Source of the DNA: Polyangiales bacterium
GTDB taxonomy: Bacteria > Myxococcota_A > Polyangia > Polyangiales > Ga0077539
Assembly: GCA_041389885.1 (NCBI GenBank)
Contig: JAWKRB010000006.1
Location: 3,101 to 67,100 of the forward strand
Reading direction: 5' to 3'
DNA: 64,000 nt
A program made the translations under genes and the position numbers. The notes beneath the pieces were generated by a model that worked only from the letters and a program-made list of their open reading frames with translations, did no database searches and was not told the DNA's origin. The first letter of the stretch is position 1, and each line of letters opens with the position of its first letter. Shown here piece by piece: positions 32,447 through 43,015 of this stretch.

Positions 32447-34327
32447 ATGAACCGTGGCTGGTACTGGCGGCTCGGCACCGTCCTCGCGGCGATCGTCGCG
32501 GCGTTCGTCGTCCTTTGGCCCAGCATCCCGAGCGTCTCGACGCCCTGGGTGCGGAGCCACATCCCCTTTCGCCTCAACGAAGGGCTCGACATTCGCGGGG
32601 GCGCTCGCCTCTCGTATGACGTGCAGATCGAGCAGGCCATCGCCGAGCGCCGCAACGCGCGCATGGACGACGTCCGCGATCAGCTCGCCCGCGACCTCGG
32701 GATCCACCGCGGCACGGGTCGCCTGACCCCCGAGGAGGGCAACCGCCTCGCGCAGCGGGTGTCGGTGCGCGCCGGCGGCTCCAACCGCGAGATGCGCGTG
32801 CGCTTCACGCAGGCGGCCGACGCGAGCCGGCTGAGCGACGCGACCCTCACCCGCCTGGGCATCCGCCGGGCGTCGAGCAGCGGCAACGAGGTCGTCCTCG
32901 CGCTCAAGCAGGACGAGGTCACCCAGCTCGAAGAGACCGCGGTGCGTCAGGCGATCCAGACGATCACCAACCGCGTCGACGAGCTCGCGGTGCGCGAGAC
33001 CTCGATCACGGCGCGCGGCGAGACCATCGTCGTCGAGGTCCCGGGACAAGACCGCGCGTACTTCGACCAGATCCGCGAGATCATTCGCCGCACGGCGCGG
33101 CTGGAGTTCAAGATCCTCGCCGACGACTCCTCGCTCATCGACGAGCTGGTGCAGGGGCAGGCGATCACCGGCGCGGCCCCCGCGGCGCAGGGCGCGAACA
33201 CCCCCGCGAACACCCCGCACCCCGCCCCCGAGGGCGTGACGGTGGAGTACGAGAGCAGCCCGGTGGGCCCGGGGCGCCCCAACGCCACGGTGGCCTTTCT
33301 CCTCGCCAACGGCGCCGAGGGACGACAGAAGATCCTGACGTGGATCGACTCGGTGCGGGCGCAGATCCCCGAGGGCCGGCAGATCCTCGTGGGCAAGGCC
33401 GACCGCCGCGAGGGCAGCGCCCCCGGCGCGCAGGAGCGCTGGCGCACCTACGTGGTGTACGCCACCGCCCAGGTCGACGGCTCGATGATCTCCGACGCGC
33501 AGGTGTCGGTCGATCCGCAGGAGAACCGCCCCTTCGTGTCGCTGACCTTCAACCCGCACGGGTCTGAGGTCTTCGCCCGGGTCACCGAAGACAACGTGAA
33601 GAAGCGCTTCGCGATCGTGCTCGACGATCGGGTGAACTCGGCGCCGGTGATCCAGACCCGAATCTCGGGGGGCCAGGCCCGCATCACCCTCGGGGGCGAC
33701 AGCGATTTTCAGCAGACCATGCGCGAGGCGAACGACCTGATGGTCGTGCTCCGCGCGGGCGCGCTGCCCGCCCCGCTCAGCGAGGGCAAGCAGGACTTCA
33801 TCGGCCCGACCCTGGGCTCTGACACCATCCGCCACGCGCGCAACGCGATGCTCGTGGGCATCTCGCTCGTGCTGCTCTTCATGGCCGTGTACTACGGGTA
33901 CGCGGGGTGGATCGCGAACGGCGCGGTGCTCGTGAACCTGCTGCTGCAGCTCGCGGCGCTGGCGCTGTTCTCGGCCACGATCACCCTGCCGGGGCTCGCG
34001 GCGCTGGCGCTCACCGTGGGGATGAGCGTCGACAACAACGTGCTGATCAACGAGCGCATCCGAGAGGAGATGCGGCTGGGCAAGACCTTCAGGGCCTCGG
34101 TCGACGCGGGGTACAACCACGCGTTCACCGCGATCTTCGACGGGCACGTCACGACCTTCATCTCGGGCGTGGTGCTCCTGGAGTACGGCACGGGGCCCGT
34201 GAAGGGCTTCGCCGTCGCGCTGCTCATCGGGATCATCGCGAACCTCTTCACCGGGGTCTTCGCGACGCGGGTCGTGTTCGATTTCCTCGTGCGCGGCCTG
34301 AAGGTCAAGCACCTCCTCGGGAAGTGA
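32447..34327 (+). CDS. secD: Protein translocase subunit SecD
   Basis: 626 aa; conserved SecD periplasmic and 6-TM regions (GLDIRGG, ...VDNNVLINERIREE...). Confidence 0.95.
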   Translation: MNRGWYWRLGTVLAAIVAAFVVLWPSIPSVSTPWVRSHIPFRLNEGLDIRGGARLSYDVQIEQAIAERRNARMDDVRDQLARDLGIHRGTGRLTPEEGNRLAQRVSVRAGGSNREMRVRFTQAADASRLSDATLTRLGIRRASSSGNEVVLALKQDEVTQLEETAVRQAIQTITNRVDELAVRETSITARGETIVVEVPGQDRAYFDQIREIIRRTARLEFKILADDSSLIDELVQGQAITGAAPAAQGANTPANTPHPAPEGVTVEYESSPVGPGRPNATVAFLLANGAEGRQKILTWIDSVRAQIPEGRQILVGKADRREGSAPGAQERWRTYVVYATAQVDGSMISDAQVSVDPQENRPFVSLTFNPHGSEVFARVTEDNVKKRFAIVLDDRVNSAPVIQTRISGGQARITLGGDSDFQQTMREANDLMVVLRAGALPAPLSEGKQDFIGPTLGSDTIRHARNAMLVGISLVLLFMAVYYGYAGWIANGAVLVNLLLQLAALALFSATITLPGLAALALTVGMSVDNNVLINERIREEMRLGKTFRASVDAGYNHAFTAIFDGHVTTFISGVVLLEYGTGPVKGFAVALLIGIIANLFTGVFATRVVFDFLVRGLKVKHLLGK

Positions 34328-34331
34328 CGTC

Positions 34332-35558
34332 ATGGAACTGAACAAAGACCGCAAGATCTATGACTTCATGGCGATCCGAAAGTACTGGATCGCCTTCTCC
34401 CTGATCCTCTCGGTGGTCTCGGCGATCCTGATCTGGAAGCCCGGCCCCCGCTACGGCATCGACTTCCTCGGAGGCACCGAGCTCACCGTGCAGTTCGACG
34501 GCCCGGTGGAGACCTCGCGCATCCGCGAGTCGCTGGAGCGCATGGGCCACGAGCGCCCCGAGGTGGTCCCCACCACGTCGCGGCCGAACGAGTTCATCAT
34601 CCGGGTCGAGCGCGCGTCGTCGCTCTCGCCCGCGCTGGCGAACCGCATCCAGTCGCGCCTCGGCGAGCTCCTCGCCCGCGACGCCGCGAACGGCACCCTG
34701 GGCTTCTTTCGCGTGTCCCCCGGCGGCGATCACATCGTCGTTCAGCTCGCGAGCAGCACCATCGACGGCCGCGCCGTCGCTTCCCTGGTGCGCGAGGCCG
34801 GCGCCAACGTGCGCGGCGAAGAGGCGCTGCAGGCCGGCGCCGTCACCGACCACCGCTGGCAGGTGCCCCTGGTGGGCGTCGGCGACCAGATCTTCGACCA
34901 GCTCCGCCGCCCCGTCTCTGACGGCGGCGTCGGCGTCGAGGGCCACCTGAACGCCTCGGTCTGGGTGTCGCCCAAGGCTGGTCGCGAGCTCCGCGACGCC
35001 GCGGTGCGCGCGGTGCTCTACTCGATCGTCTTCATCATGATCTTCGTGGCCTTCCGCTTCGACCTGCGCGTCGCGCCGGGCGGGATCCTCGCGCTGACCC
35101 ACGACTCGCTGGTGACCCTGGCGTTCTTCGTGGTCACCCGCAAGGAGGTCACGATCTCGACCGTCGCCGCGATCCTGACCGTCGTGGGCTACTCGATGAA
35201 CGACACCATCATCGTCTACGACCGCATTCGAGAGAACCTCGCGAAGCGGCGAAACACGAAGATGCTCGAGGTGATCAACGTGTCGGTGAGCGAGATGCTC
35301 AGCCGCACCCTGCTCTCGTCGACGACGGTGGTGCTCTCGGTGTCGGCCTTCGCCTTCATCGGCACCGGCGTGATCCGCGACTTCGCCTGGGCGATGATCG
35401 TGGGCGTCGTCGCAGGGACCTACTCGTCGATCTACGTCGCGGCGCCCTTCACCGAGTGGATCGACTCGAAGTTCTTTCACACCGCGCCCGTCGACGGCCC
35501 CCCCGGCGACATCACCGTCGAGCCCGCCGACGAGAACGCGACCTCCGAGGGCGCCTAG
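34332..35558 (+). CDS. secF: Protein translocase subunit SecF
   Basis: 408 aa; GIDFLGGTEL, HDSLVTLAFF, MNDTIIVYDRIRE. Confidence 0.95.
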   Translation: MELNKDRKIYDFMAIRKYWIAFSLILSVVSAILIWKPGPRYGIDFLGGTELTVQFDGPVETSRIRESLERMGHERPEVVPTTSRPNEFIIRVERASSLSPALANRIQSRLGELLARDAANGTLGFFRVSPGGDHIVVQLASSTIDGRAVASLVREAGANVRGEEALQAGAVTDHRWQVPLVGVGDQIFDQLRRPVSDGGVGVEGHLNASVWVSPKAGRELRDAAVRAVLYSIVFIMIFVAFRFDLRVAPGGILALTHDSLVTLAFFVVTRKEVTISTVAAILTVVGYSMNDTIIVYDRIRENLAKRRNTKMLEVINVSVSEMLSRTLLSSTTVVLSVSAFAFIGTGVIRDFAWAMIVGVVAGTYSSIYVAAPFTEWIDSKFFHTAPVDGPPGDITVEPADENATSEGA

Positions 35559-35599
35559 CGTATGGTCCGGCGCGCCGCGACCCCGCGACGCCGCCGACG

Positions 35600-37291
35600 A
35601 TGAACGACGCAACCCTCTCCGAACCCCAGCAGCGCCAGGCCGCGGAGCTCGCTCGGGACCTCCGACTCCACCCCCTCGTCGCCCGCGCCCTCGTGCGTCG
35701 CGGCGGCGTGAACCCCGCGCAGCTGAAGCGCTACCTGCACCCGCGCCTCGCGGACCTCACGCGCCCCGACGCCATGGTCGACCGCGAGGTCGCCGCCGAG
35801 CGCCTCGCGCGGGCGATACACCGCCGCGAGCGCGTGGCGGTCTTCGGCGACTACGACGTCGACGGCATCACCAGCGCCGCCCTGCTCACCCGCGCGCTCC
35901 GCGCCATGGGCGCCGAGGTCGCGCCCTTCGTGGCCTCGCGCTTCGACGGCGGATACGGGTTCTCGGGCCCCGCGCTGGAGCGGGTCATGGCCTCGTCGCC
36001 CCGGGTGATCGTGACCTGCGACTGCGGCACCAGCGACCACCCCCGCATCGAGTCGGCCCGCGCCCGCGGCGTCGACGTGATCGTGGTGGACCACCACAAG
36101 GTGCCCGACGAGCCGCTCCCCGCGTTGGCGTTCTTGAACCCGCACCGCCCTGAGTGCGGCTTTCCGTTCAAGCACCTCGCCAGCGTGGGCCTCGCGTTCT
36201 CCATCGCCGCGGCGGTGCGCGCGCGCGTCGACGCGACCCTCGACCTGCGGCCCTACCTCGACCTCGTCGCCCTCGGGACCATCGCCGACGTCGCGCCCCT
36301 CGAGGGCGACAACCGCGTCCTCGTGCGCGCCGGCCTCGCCCGGATCAACGCGGGCGAGTCGTCGCCCGGCGTGCGGGCGCTGCTGCAGCGCGCGAGGCTG
36401 CGACAGCGGCTCTCGGCGAGGGACGTGGCCTTCAACGTCGCGCCGGCGCTCAACGCCCCGGGGAGGCTCGGCGCGGCCACGCCCACGCTCGACCTGCTGC
36501 TCTCCGAGAGCGAGGCCGAGGCCGCTCCCCGCGCGCAGGCGCTGATCGACGCGAACAGCCGGCGCAAGGAGATCTCCGCCGACCTCATCGAGCAGGCCAC
36601 GCGGCAGGTCACCGAGGTCTACGGTCACGAACTCCCCGCGGGCATCGTGCTCGCGGGCGAGGGGTGGCACCACGGCATGGGAGGCATCGTCGCGGGACGC
36701 CTCGTCGACCGCCTCGGCGTCGCGGTCGCGGTCGTCGCCCTCGACGGCGAGGTGGGCGTCGGGAGCGTGCGCGGTCCGCGCGGCACCCGGCTCTACGACG
36801 CCGTCGCGGCGTGTCGAGAGGAGCTCACGGTGTTCGGCGGCCACGACGCCGCCGCGGGGCTCACGGTGCCCAGGGCCCGCATCGACGCGCTCCGCGCGCG
36901 CTTCGGCGAGGCGGTCGAGCGCGCCGGCAGGGTCGAGGTGCGCGACCCGCCGATCGACGCGCGCGTCTTCGAAGCAGACCTCAGCCACGGGCTCGCGCCC
37001 TCGCTCGAGCAGATCGAGCCGACCGGCGAGGGGAACGCCGAGCTGGTCGCCGAGCTGGTCGACGCGACCCTCGCCGAGCTGCGCGTCGTCGCCGAGACGC
37101 ACCTGCGGGCGACCTTCTCCCTCGGTCGAAGGAGCCTCTCGGCCTTTCTGCGCGACGGCGTGGCCACGCGGGCGAGGGGGGAGCTGCCCGCCGTGGGCCA
37201 GCGCGTCGAGGTGGTGGGTCGCCTGCGCCCCGACCCCTGGAGCGGAGACGAGGGCGTGCAGATCGACGTCACCCGCCTGCGCCCGGCCTGA
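35600..37291 (+). CDS. recJ: Single-stranded-DNA-specific exonuclease RecJ
   Basis: DHH motifs (VFGDYDVDGITSAA, CDCGTS, VVDHH) and DHHA1 (GGHDAAAGLT). Confidence 0.9.
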   Translation: MNDATLSEPQQRQAAELARDLRLHPLVARALVRRGGVNPAQLKRYLHPRLADLTRPDAMVDREVAAERLARAIHRRERVAVFGDYDVDGITSAALLTRALRAMGAEVAPFVASRFDGGYGFSGPALERVMASSPRVIVTCDCGTSDHPRIESARARGVDVIVVDHHKVPDEPLPALAFLNPHRPECGFPFKHLASVGLAFSIAAAVRARVDATLDLRPYLDLVALGTIADVAPLEGDNRVLVRAGLARINAGESSPGVRALLQRARLRQRLSARDVAFNVAPALNAPGRLGAATPTLDLLLSESEAEAAPRAQALIDANSRRKEISADLIEQATRQVTEVYGHELPAGIVLAGEGWHHGMGGIVAGRLVDRLGVAVAVVALDGEVGVGSVRGPRGTRLYDAVAACREELTVFGGHDAAAGLTVPRARIDALRARFGEAVERAGRVEVRDPPIDARVFEADLSHGLAPSLEQIEPTGEGNAELVAELVDATLAELRVVAETHLRATFSLGRRSLSAFLRDGVATRARGELPAVGQRVEVVGRLRPDPWSGDEGVQIDVTRLRPA

Positions 37292-40200
37292 GCGCCCGCA
37301 GCGCCCGGTGCTCGAGCGGGAGCTCGAGGTACGCCGCGCGCGCCGCCGGGTCACGAATCGACGCGCCCCAGCCCTCGAGCTCGATCCAGGCCTCTTCGGC
37401 GAGGGTGCATCCGTCGGGGTCGCCGAGCTCCGCGAGGGTCGCGGCGCGCACCCAGCGCACGTACGACGCCCCGTCCTCCAGGGCCACGCCCGCGTCGAGG
37501 GCGACGGCGGCCTCGGTGGCGGGGGCGATGGCCGCGACGGGGCCCCGCAGCCTCAGGAGCAGGTGGGCCCGCACCGCGCGCGCGAGGCAGCTCAGCGCGG
37601 GCGCGGCGTTCGACGCGTCGGTGACCTCGATCCAGGCGATGGCGAGGTCGAGGGAGGCGTCGACGCGCGGGTCGAGGGCGCGCGCCCAGCTCGCGTAGAC
37701 CCGCGCGGCGAGGGCCACGGAGGGGAGCCGCGCCCTCTCGGCGAGCAGCGACGCCGCGGCGAAGGCCGAGCGCGACTCGTCGTGCCGCTCGCTCCGCGCG
37801 AGGGTGAAGGCGACGTGCCGCTGCGCCAGGGCCTCGAGCGCGGCGAGGCCGTCGCGGCGCGCGCGGTCCCTCGCCTCGGTGGCGCGGGCGAGGGCCTCGG
37901 GCCACCTCGCCTGTCGGCGCCACGCGACCGACTCGGCCAGGGTGGCGCGCACGAAGCCGTCGCCGTTGCGGTCCTGCGCCGCGCGGGCGCGCGCGGTCTG
38001 CGCGGTGGCCAGCGCGGCCTCGAGGTGTCCCCGCACGAGGGCCGCGGCGCCTCGCACCGCGTCGGTCTCCGCGCCGAGCGCGTCGAGGTCGTCGCCGCTG
38101 AGCCGCGGGTCGGCCGCCGCCTCGTCGAGCAGCGCCAGCGCGTGCTCCGCGTCGCCCCGTGAGACCAGCCAGTCGGCCTGCCGAATCGCCGCGCGGTACC
38201 ACCGCGCGCCGTAGGGCACCGAGCCGACGCCACGGCGCGACGCGCGCACGATCGCCCGCGCGGCGTGCAGCGTCGAGATCGCCGCGTCGACCCGCCCGTC
38301 GAGGTACTGCCCCTCGGCGACGCAGAGCGCGACGCGCAGGCGCTCGTCGGCCGTCGCGCCGGGCAGCGACTCCGCCGCGCGCGCGTCGTCGATGGCCGCC
38401 ACGCCGTCGCCCAGCGCGAAGCTCGCCTCGGCGCGGAGGCAGAGCAGCACGCGTCGCAGGAGGTCCGGCGGCTGTCGACCCAGCGCCCGGGCGACCTGCG
38501 CGCGCACGGCGTCCCAGTGCTGCGCGTGGGCGCTCTCTTCGGCGGCGCGGGCCCACCAGATCGCCGCGGCGTCGTCGCGCTGCGCGCGCTCGTAGTGCTC
38601 CGCCACGGCCGCCGCGCCGACGCGCTGCGTCTGCGCCTCGTCGATGTAGCTCGCCGCGCGCTCGTGCAGGACCCTGAGGTCGGCCTCGGCGATGGACGCG
38701 TACGCCGCGTCGCGGGCGACGGTGTGCCGAAAGCCGTACTCCTCCGCGGCCCTGGCGCGCGCGCCCGACTGCGGCACCACGAAGCCCTCGGCGCGGAGGA
38801 GCGCCAGCGAGCGGGTCATCGTCGCCGCCGACACGGGCTCGAGCAGCCGCTCGACGCCGCCGCGGGTGAAGGTGCGGCCGAACACGCTCGCCGCGCGGAG
38901 CACCCGGCGGGCGTCGAGGTCGAGGTTGTCGAAGCGTCGCTGCACCGCCGCGAGCGCGGTCACCGGCAGCGGCGTGGGGCCCTCGTCCTCGCGGTCGGCC
39001 TCGGCGTGCAAGAGCTCTTCGAGGAAGAGCGGGTTGCCCTCGGCGCGCGCCACCAGCGCGTGGACCCGGCCGCTGTCGGCCTCCGGGCCGAGCACGCGCC
39101 GGGCGGTCTCCATCGCCGCCGCGAGGGGGATCGGGCCGAGGCGCAGGTCCGTGCGCGACACGCCGCGCCACGCGCGCTCGGTGCGCTCCGCCACGGCGCT
39201 GTCAGGGCGGCCGAGCGCGACGGCGGCGAAGGCCTTGCCCTCGAGCACCTTCAGCAAGATCGCCAGGAGCTCCAGGCTGGGCTCGTCGAACCACTGGATG
39301 TCCTCGACCACCAGGAGCTGCGGCGCCCGCTCGCTCACGCTCCGCATCAGCTCAATCGCCGTGGCGCGCAGGCGCTCGTGCATGCGCTGGGGGTCGCGGC
39401 GGGCGGAGCGCAGGGCGGGGGTGGGCTGCTCGCTCCAGGAGACGCGGGCGAGCTCGCCGACGAACTCCGGCGCCACGTCGGCGCGCAGCCGGTCGACGAA
39501 GGCGTGGAGGCGCCTGCGCCGCTCCTCGAGGGGGGCGGTGTCGTCGATGCCGGCCTGCTCGCGGAGCGCGCGCCCGAGCACGCCGAGGGGCGTCGACGCG
39601 AGCATCGTGTCTCCGCGAACGACCAGCACGCCGGGGCCGCGAGCGCCCGCGGGGACGCGCTCGGCGAGGCTCGCGCAGACGGCCTGCGCGAGGCGGGTCT
39701 TGCCCGTGCCGGTCTCTCCCCAGACCGCGACAAGGCGCGGCGCGCGCTGCACCCAGGCGTCGTGCAAGATGCCCGTGATGAGCTCGAGCTCGTGGCTCCG
39801 CCCTGGGGGCGCGAGGAGCGCCGCGGGCAGCCCGCTCGCGGGCACCCAGGGCGGCGGCGTGGCGTCGTCGCCGAGGACCATCCCCTTGCGGCGGCTCGAC
39901 ACGGCGAAGCGCGACGAGAGCACCACCGCGGTGGGCTCGTCGAGGCGCACCTCGCCCTCGCGCGCGGTGGTGAGCAGCGTCGCCACCCGCCGCAGGGGGT
40001 CGCCCTCGAGCGCCGCGCCCGCGCGCCAGGTCATCCCCGCCACGAGGGCCATGCGCACGCCGGGCCGGCGCGCCGCCTGCGCGGCCTGGGCGGCGCGCAC
40101 GATCTCGTCCCCGCGGGTTCGCTGGTCGCCGAAGACGCCGTCGAGGGAGAGCCCGCTGCGCCGTTCGACGCGCCCGCCCCGCGACTCGATGGCCTCGGCC

Positions 40201-41138
40201 AGGGCGTTGAGCGCCGCGCCGGCGTCGCCCTGGAGCACCTGCGCGCGGAGGAGCACGCGCACCCGGCGCTCGTCCTCGGCGATGCGCGGACCGATGCGCA
40301 GCCCGTCGGGGCGCGTGGCGAGCGGGTCGAGGAGCGCGGTGGCCTCTTCGACGAGGTCGAGCACGTGCGCGGGGCGTCGCGAAGGGTCCTTGGCGAAGCA
40401 GCGGTCGAGGAGCGCGTCGAGGGCGCCCGGCAGGTCGGGGCGCGACGCGCGGAGCCTGGGTGGCGCCTCGCTGAGCACCTGGCGGAGCACGGTGACGGTG
40501 TCGGTCCCCTGAAAGGGTCGCTGCCCGGTGAGGAGCTCGTAGAAGACCACCGAGAGGGCGTAGAGGTCCGAGGCGGCGGTGGGCTCCTCGCCGCGCACCT
40601 GCTCGGGGGAGATGTACACCGGGCTGCCGATGACGAGGTCTTGCCCCGTGAGCGCGAGGTCCCCGCTCGCGAGGGCGATGCCGAGGTCCAGGAGCTTCAC
40701 CGAGCGCCCGTCCTCCCCCTCGGCGAGGAACATGTTCGACGGCTTCACGTCGCGGTGGAGGATCCCCGCCTCGTGCAGCGCGGCCAGGCCGAGGGCGGCC
40801 TCACGGATCACTCGCAGCACCTCGAAATCCGAGATCCTCCCTCGCGAGATTCGCTCGTCGACGGTCTCGCCTCGGAGCCACTCCGTGACCAGGCAGAAGC
40901 GCCCCTCGCTGTCGGCGCCGTGGGTCACGTACGAGACGAGGTGCGGGCTCTGGATGTCTGCGAGGAGCCTCGCCTCGCGCTCGAAGCGTGCCCGCGCCAC
41001 GGGGTCGCCGAAATCAGCGCGCAGGCGCTTCACCGCGACCGCGCGGCCCGTGGCGAGGTCGACCCCGCGGAAGACCTCCGCGGAGCCGCCAGAGCCGACG
41101 AGATCCTCAAGGATGATCCGGCCTTCGAGTGACTCCAT
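37269..41138 (-). CDS. Ser/Thr protein kinase fused to AAA+/STAND-like NTPase and C-terminal TPR-like region (about 1289 aa)
   Basis: Start MESLEGRIILEDLVGSGGSAEVFRGVD...AVKRL, HRDVKPSNMF, DLGIA, SPEQ; P-loop GETGTGKT; Walker B LLVVEDIQWFD. ORF 37269..42062 upstream of 41138 is junk. 23-bp convergent overlap with recJ. Confidence 0.85.
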   Translation of the reverse strand: MESLEGRIILEDLVGSGGSAEVFRGVDLATGRAVAVKRLRADFGDPVARARFEREARLLADIQSPHLVSYVTHGADSEGRFCLVTEWLRGETVDERISRGRISDFEVLRVIREAALGLAALHEAGILHRDVKPSNMFLAEGEDGRSVKLLDLGIALASGDLALTGQDLVIGSPVYISPEQVRGEEPTAASDLYALSVVFYELLTGQRPFQGTDTVTVLRQVLSEAPPRLRASRPDLPGALDALLDRCFAKDPSRRPAHVLDLVEEATALLDPLATRPDGLRIGPRIAEDERRVRVLLRAQVLQGDAGAALNALAEAIESRGGRVERRSGLSLDGVFGDQRTRGDEIVRAAQAAQAARRPGVRMALVAGMTWRAGAALEGDPLRRVATLLTTAREGEVRLDEPTAVVLSSRFAVSSRRKGMVLGDDATPPPWVPASGLPAALLAPPGRSHELELITGILHDAWVQRAPRLVAVWGETGTGKTRLAQAVCASLAERVPAGARGPGVLVVRGDTMLASTPLGVLGRALREQAGIDDTAPLEERRRRLHAFVDRLRADVAPEFVGELARVSWSEQPTPALRSARRDPQRMHERLRATAIELMRSVSERAPQLLVVEDIQWFDEPSLELLAILLKVLEGKAFAAVALGRPDSAVAERTERAWRGVSRTDLRLGPIPLAAAMETARRVLGPEADSGRVHALVARAEGNPLFLEELLHAEADREDEGPTPLPVTALAAVQRRFDNLDLDARRVLRAASVFGRTFTRGGVERLLEPVSAATMTRSLALLRAEGFVVPQSGARARAAEEYGFRHTVARDAAYASIAEADLRVLHERAASYIDEAQTQRVGAAAVAEHYERAQRDDAAAIWWARAAEESAHAQHWDAVRAQVARALGRQPPDLLRRVLLCLRAEASFALGDGVAAIDDARAAESLPGATADERLRVALCVAEGQYLDGRVDAAISTLHAARAIVRASRRGVGSVPYGARWYRAAIRQADWLVSRGDAEHALALLDEAAADPRLSGDDLDALGAETDAVRGAAALVRGHLEAALATAQTARARAAQDRNGDGFVRATLAESVAWRRQARWPEALARATEARDRARRDGLAALEALAQRHVAFTLARSERHDESRSAFAAASLLAERARLPSVALAARVYASWARALDPRVDASLDLAIAWIEVTDASNAAPALSCLARAVRAHLLLRLRGPVAAIAPATEAAVALDAGVALEDGASYVRWVRAATLAELGDPDGCTLAEEAWIELEGWGASIRDPAARAAYLELPLEHRALRALRPGAGG

Positions 41139-41222
41139 GCGCGACTGCGCCCCGGAGCATCGCACGGACCGGCCGCGACGTGGACGCTCGTCGCAGCATG
41201 CGGTATCGCAGGAGCAGCCGAC

Positions 41223-41741
41223 ATGGGACCGACCGCTCGCCTCCTCTCCGCTGCGCTCCTCGCCGCCCTGCTCGGCTGCGCGAGGGTGCCTCGCCCGAGC
41301 TACTCCTTCGACCCGCAGAACGGGGGGTGGGAGCTCGACGAGCACACCCTCGTGCAGGGCGTGAACAACGAGCGCTTTCGCCACCCGGTGCACACCGAGC
41401 GCCTCGAGCTCTTCGAGGTCGCCCGCGCCGCGCCCGCGCCGACCAGCGCGGCCTTCGGCGGGCTGCAGAACCTCTCCCGCGCGCTGCCCCCCCTGGGCAC
41501 GGTCACCGCCGCGCCGCGCCCCCTCGGCGATGACCGCGTCGGCAACATGGCCGGCTACTGGATCGAGCAGCACGGCCGCGAGGGCGACGAGCAGGTGCGC
41601 GCGGCGACCTTCGTGCTCCCCGCGGGCGGCAGGCACTTCCTCGCGCGCATGTCGTCGCGCGAGGACGAGGTGCCGCAGCTCCAGGGCTGGCTCCGCGACC
41701 TGCTCCTGCGCGAGATTCGCTTCCCCGTCAGCGCGCGCTGA
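41223..41741 (+). CDS. Lipoprotein of unknown function
   Basis: Lipobox LLAALLGC; 172 aa. Confidence 0.55.
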   Translation: MGPTARLLSAALLAALLGCARVPRPSYSFDPQNGGWELDEHTLVQGVNNERFRHPVHTERLELFEVARAAPAPTSAAFGGLQNLSRALPPLGTVTAAPRPLGDDRVGNMAGYWIEQHGREGDEQVRAATFVLPAGGRHFLARMSSREDEVPQLQGWLRDLLLREIRFPVSAR

Positions 41742-42093
41742 CCGCCGCGTCGAGGTCAAAGGCCGACACGCCCACCCTCCGACCCTCGGGGTCGCGCACG
41801 TAGGTGGTGTAGTCCGTCTCGCGCTCGATGGGCACGCCGAGCGCGGCGCACCGCGCGCGAAACCCTTCGCGCCCCGCGGCGTCGACGCGCAGCGCGAAGA
41901 AGTCCATCCCGCCGGCGGGGGGCGCGGGCTCTCCCTCCTCGGCGCGCTCCAGCATGAGCACCGCGCCGCCGAGGTCGAGCCACACCGCGCGCGCGCCGTC
42001 GCGGCGCACCGCGCGCAGGTCGAAGAGCGACGTCCAGAAGGCCTCGGCCGCGCGCAGGTCAATGCTGCGCAGCGCGATGTGATGCAGGCTCAT
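41728..42093 (-). CDS. VOC/glyoxalase-family protein
   Basis: MSLHHIALRSIDLRAAEAFW...FFALRVD...; 121 aa, glyoxalase/bleomycin-resistance fold pattern. Confidence 0.7.
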   Translation of the reverse strand: MSLHHIALRSIDLRAAEAFWTSLFDLRAVRRDGARAVWLDLGGAVLMLERAEEGEPAPPAGGMDFFALRVDAAGREGFRARCAALGVPIERETDYTTYVRDPEGRRVGVSAFDLDAAVSAR

Positions 42094-42148
42094 GACCGCG
42101 AGGGTAGCGCGTTGACGCGCCGTCGGCGGCGTCCGTAGAGTCCGCGCC

Positions 42149-43015
42149 GTGTCAGACGAACCTACGCGCTACGCGACGCTCACGGTCGATTGCTCCCCCG
42201 AGCAGGTCGACGTGCTCCTGGGCCGGCTCACCCTCCTCGGCGCCGAGGGGATCGAGCAGCGAGACCCCACGACCCTCACCAAGGGCGGCGCCCTCGGCGC
42301 GACGCTGATCGCGTGCTTCGGCACCGAGGCCGAGGCCCAGGAGGCGCTCCGCGCGCTCGACGGCGGGGTCGAGGCGGTCGTGGCCGTCGTCGAGGGCGAC
42401 GCCTGGCGCGACGCGTGGAAGGAGCACTGGCAGCCCGCGCACCTCACCGACCGGGTGGTGGTGATCCCGAGCTGGACGACCTACGCGCTCGCGCCCGGCG
42501 AGATCGCGCTCTCGATGGACCCGGGGCGGGCCTTTGGGACCGGGCAGCACGCGAGCACCCGCCTCGCCGCGAGGGCCCTCGAGCGCCACCTCGCGGCGAG
42601 GAGCGAGCCGCTGCTCATCGACCTGGGCTGCGGCTCGGGGATCCTCTCGTTCGTCGCGCTGCTCCACGGCGTGCCCCGCGCCATCGCCTGCGACATCGAC
42701 GACGAGTCGGTCGTCTCGGTGGTCGAGAACGCGGGACCGCTCGGGCTGCTCCCGCGGCTCGACGCGCGGGTCGGCGGGTTCGAGGTCGTGCCCGAGCGCG
42801 CGGCGTTGGTGGTCGCGAACATCGAGGCCGTCGTGCTCGTGCCCGAGGCCCCCGCCGTGGCCGAGAAGGTGCTGCCAGGCGGGAGGCTGATCCTGTCGGG
42901 GATCCTCTGCACGCAGCGCGACGAGGTGGTGCGGCGGTACGAGTCGCTGGGCTTCACCTTCGACCGCGCGGAGGTGGAGGGCGACTGGACCGCGCCGGAA
43001 TTCCTGCGGCCGTGA
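42149..43015 (+). CDS. prmA: Ribosomal protein L11 methyltransferase
   Basis: DPGRAFGTGQHASTRL and DLGCGSGILS motifs; GTG start. Confidence 0.88.
   Translation: MSDEPTRYATLTVDCSPEQVDVLLGRLTLLGAEGIEQRDPTTLTKGGALGATLIACFGTEAEAQEALRALDGGVEAVVAVVEGDAWRDAWKEHWQPAHLTDRVVVIPSWTTYALAPGEIALSMDPGRAFGTGQHASTRLAARALERHLAARSEPLLIDLGCGSGILSFVALLHGVPRAIACDIDDESVVSVVENAGPLGLLPRLDARVGGFEVVPERAALVVANIEAVVLVPEAPAVAEKVLPGGRLILSGILCTQRDEVVRRYESLGFTFDRAEVEGDWTAPEFLRP

Noticed and set aside
32381-35612. Minus-strand ORFs 32381..34354 and 34305..35612
   Set aside because: Antisense shadows of secD and secF.
38265-41132. 955-aa plus-strand ORF
   Set aside because: Antisense of the kinase-AAA-TPR gene.
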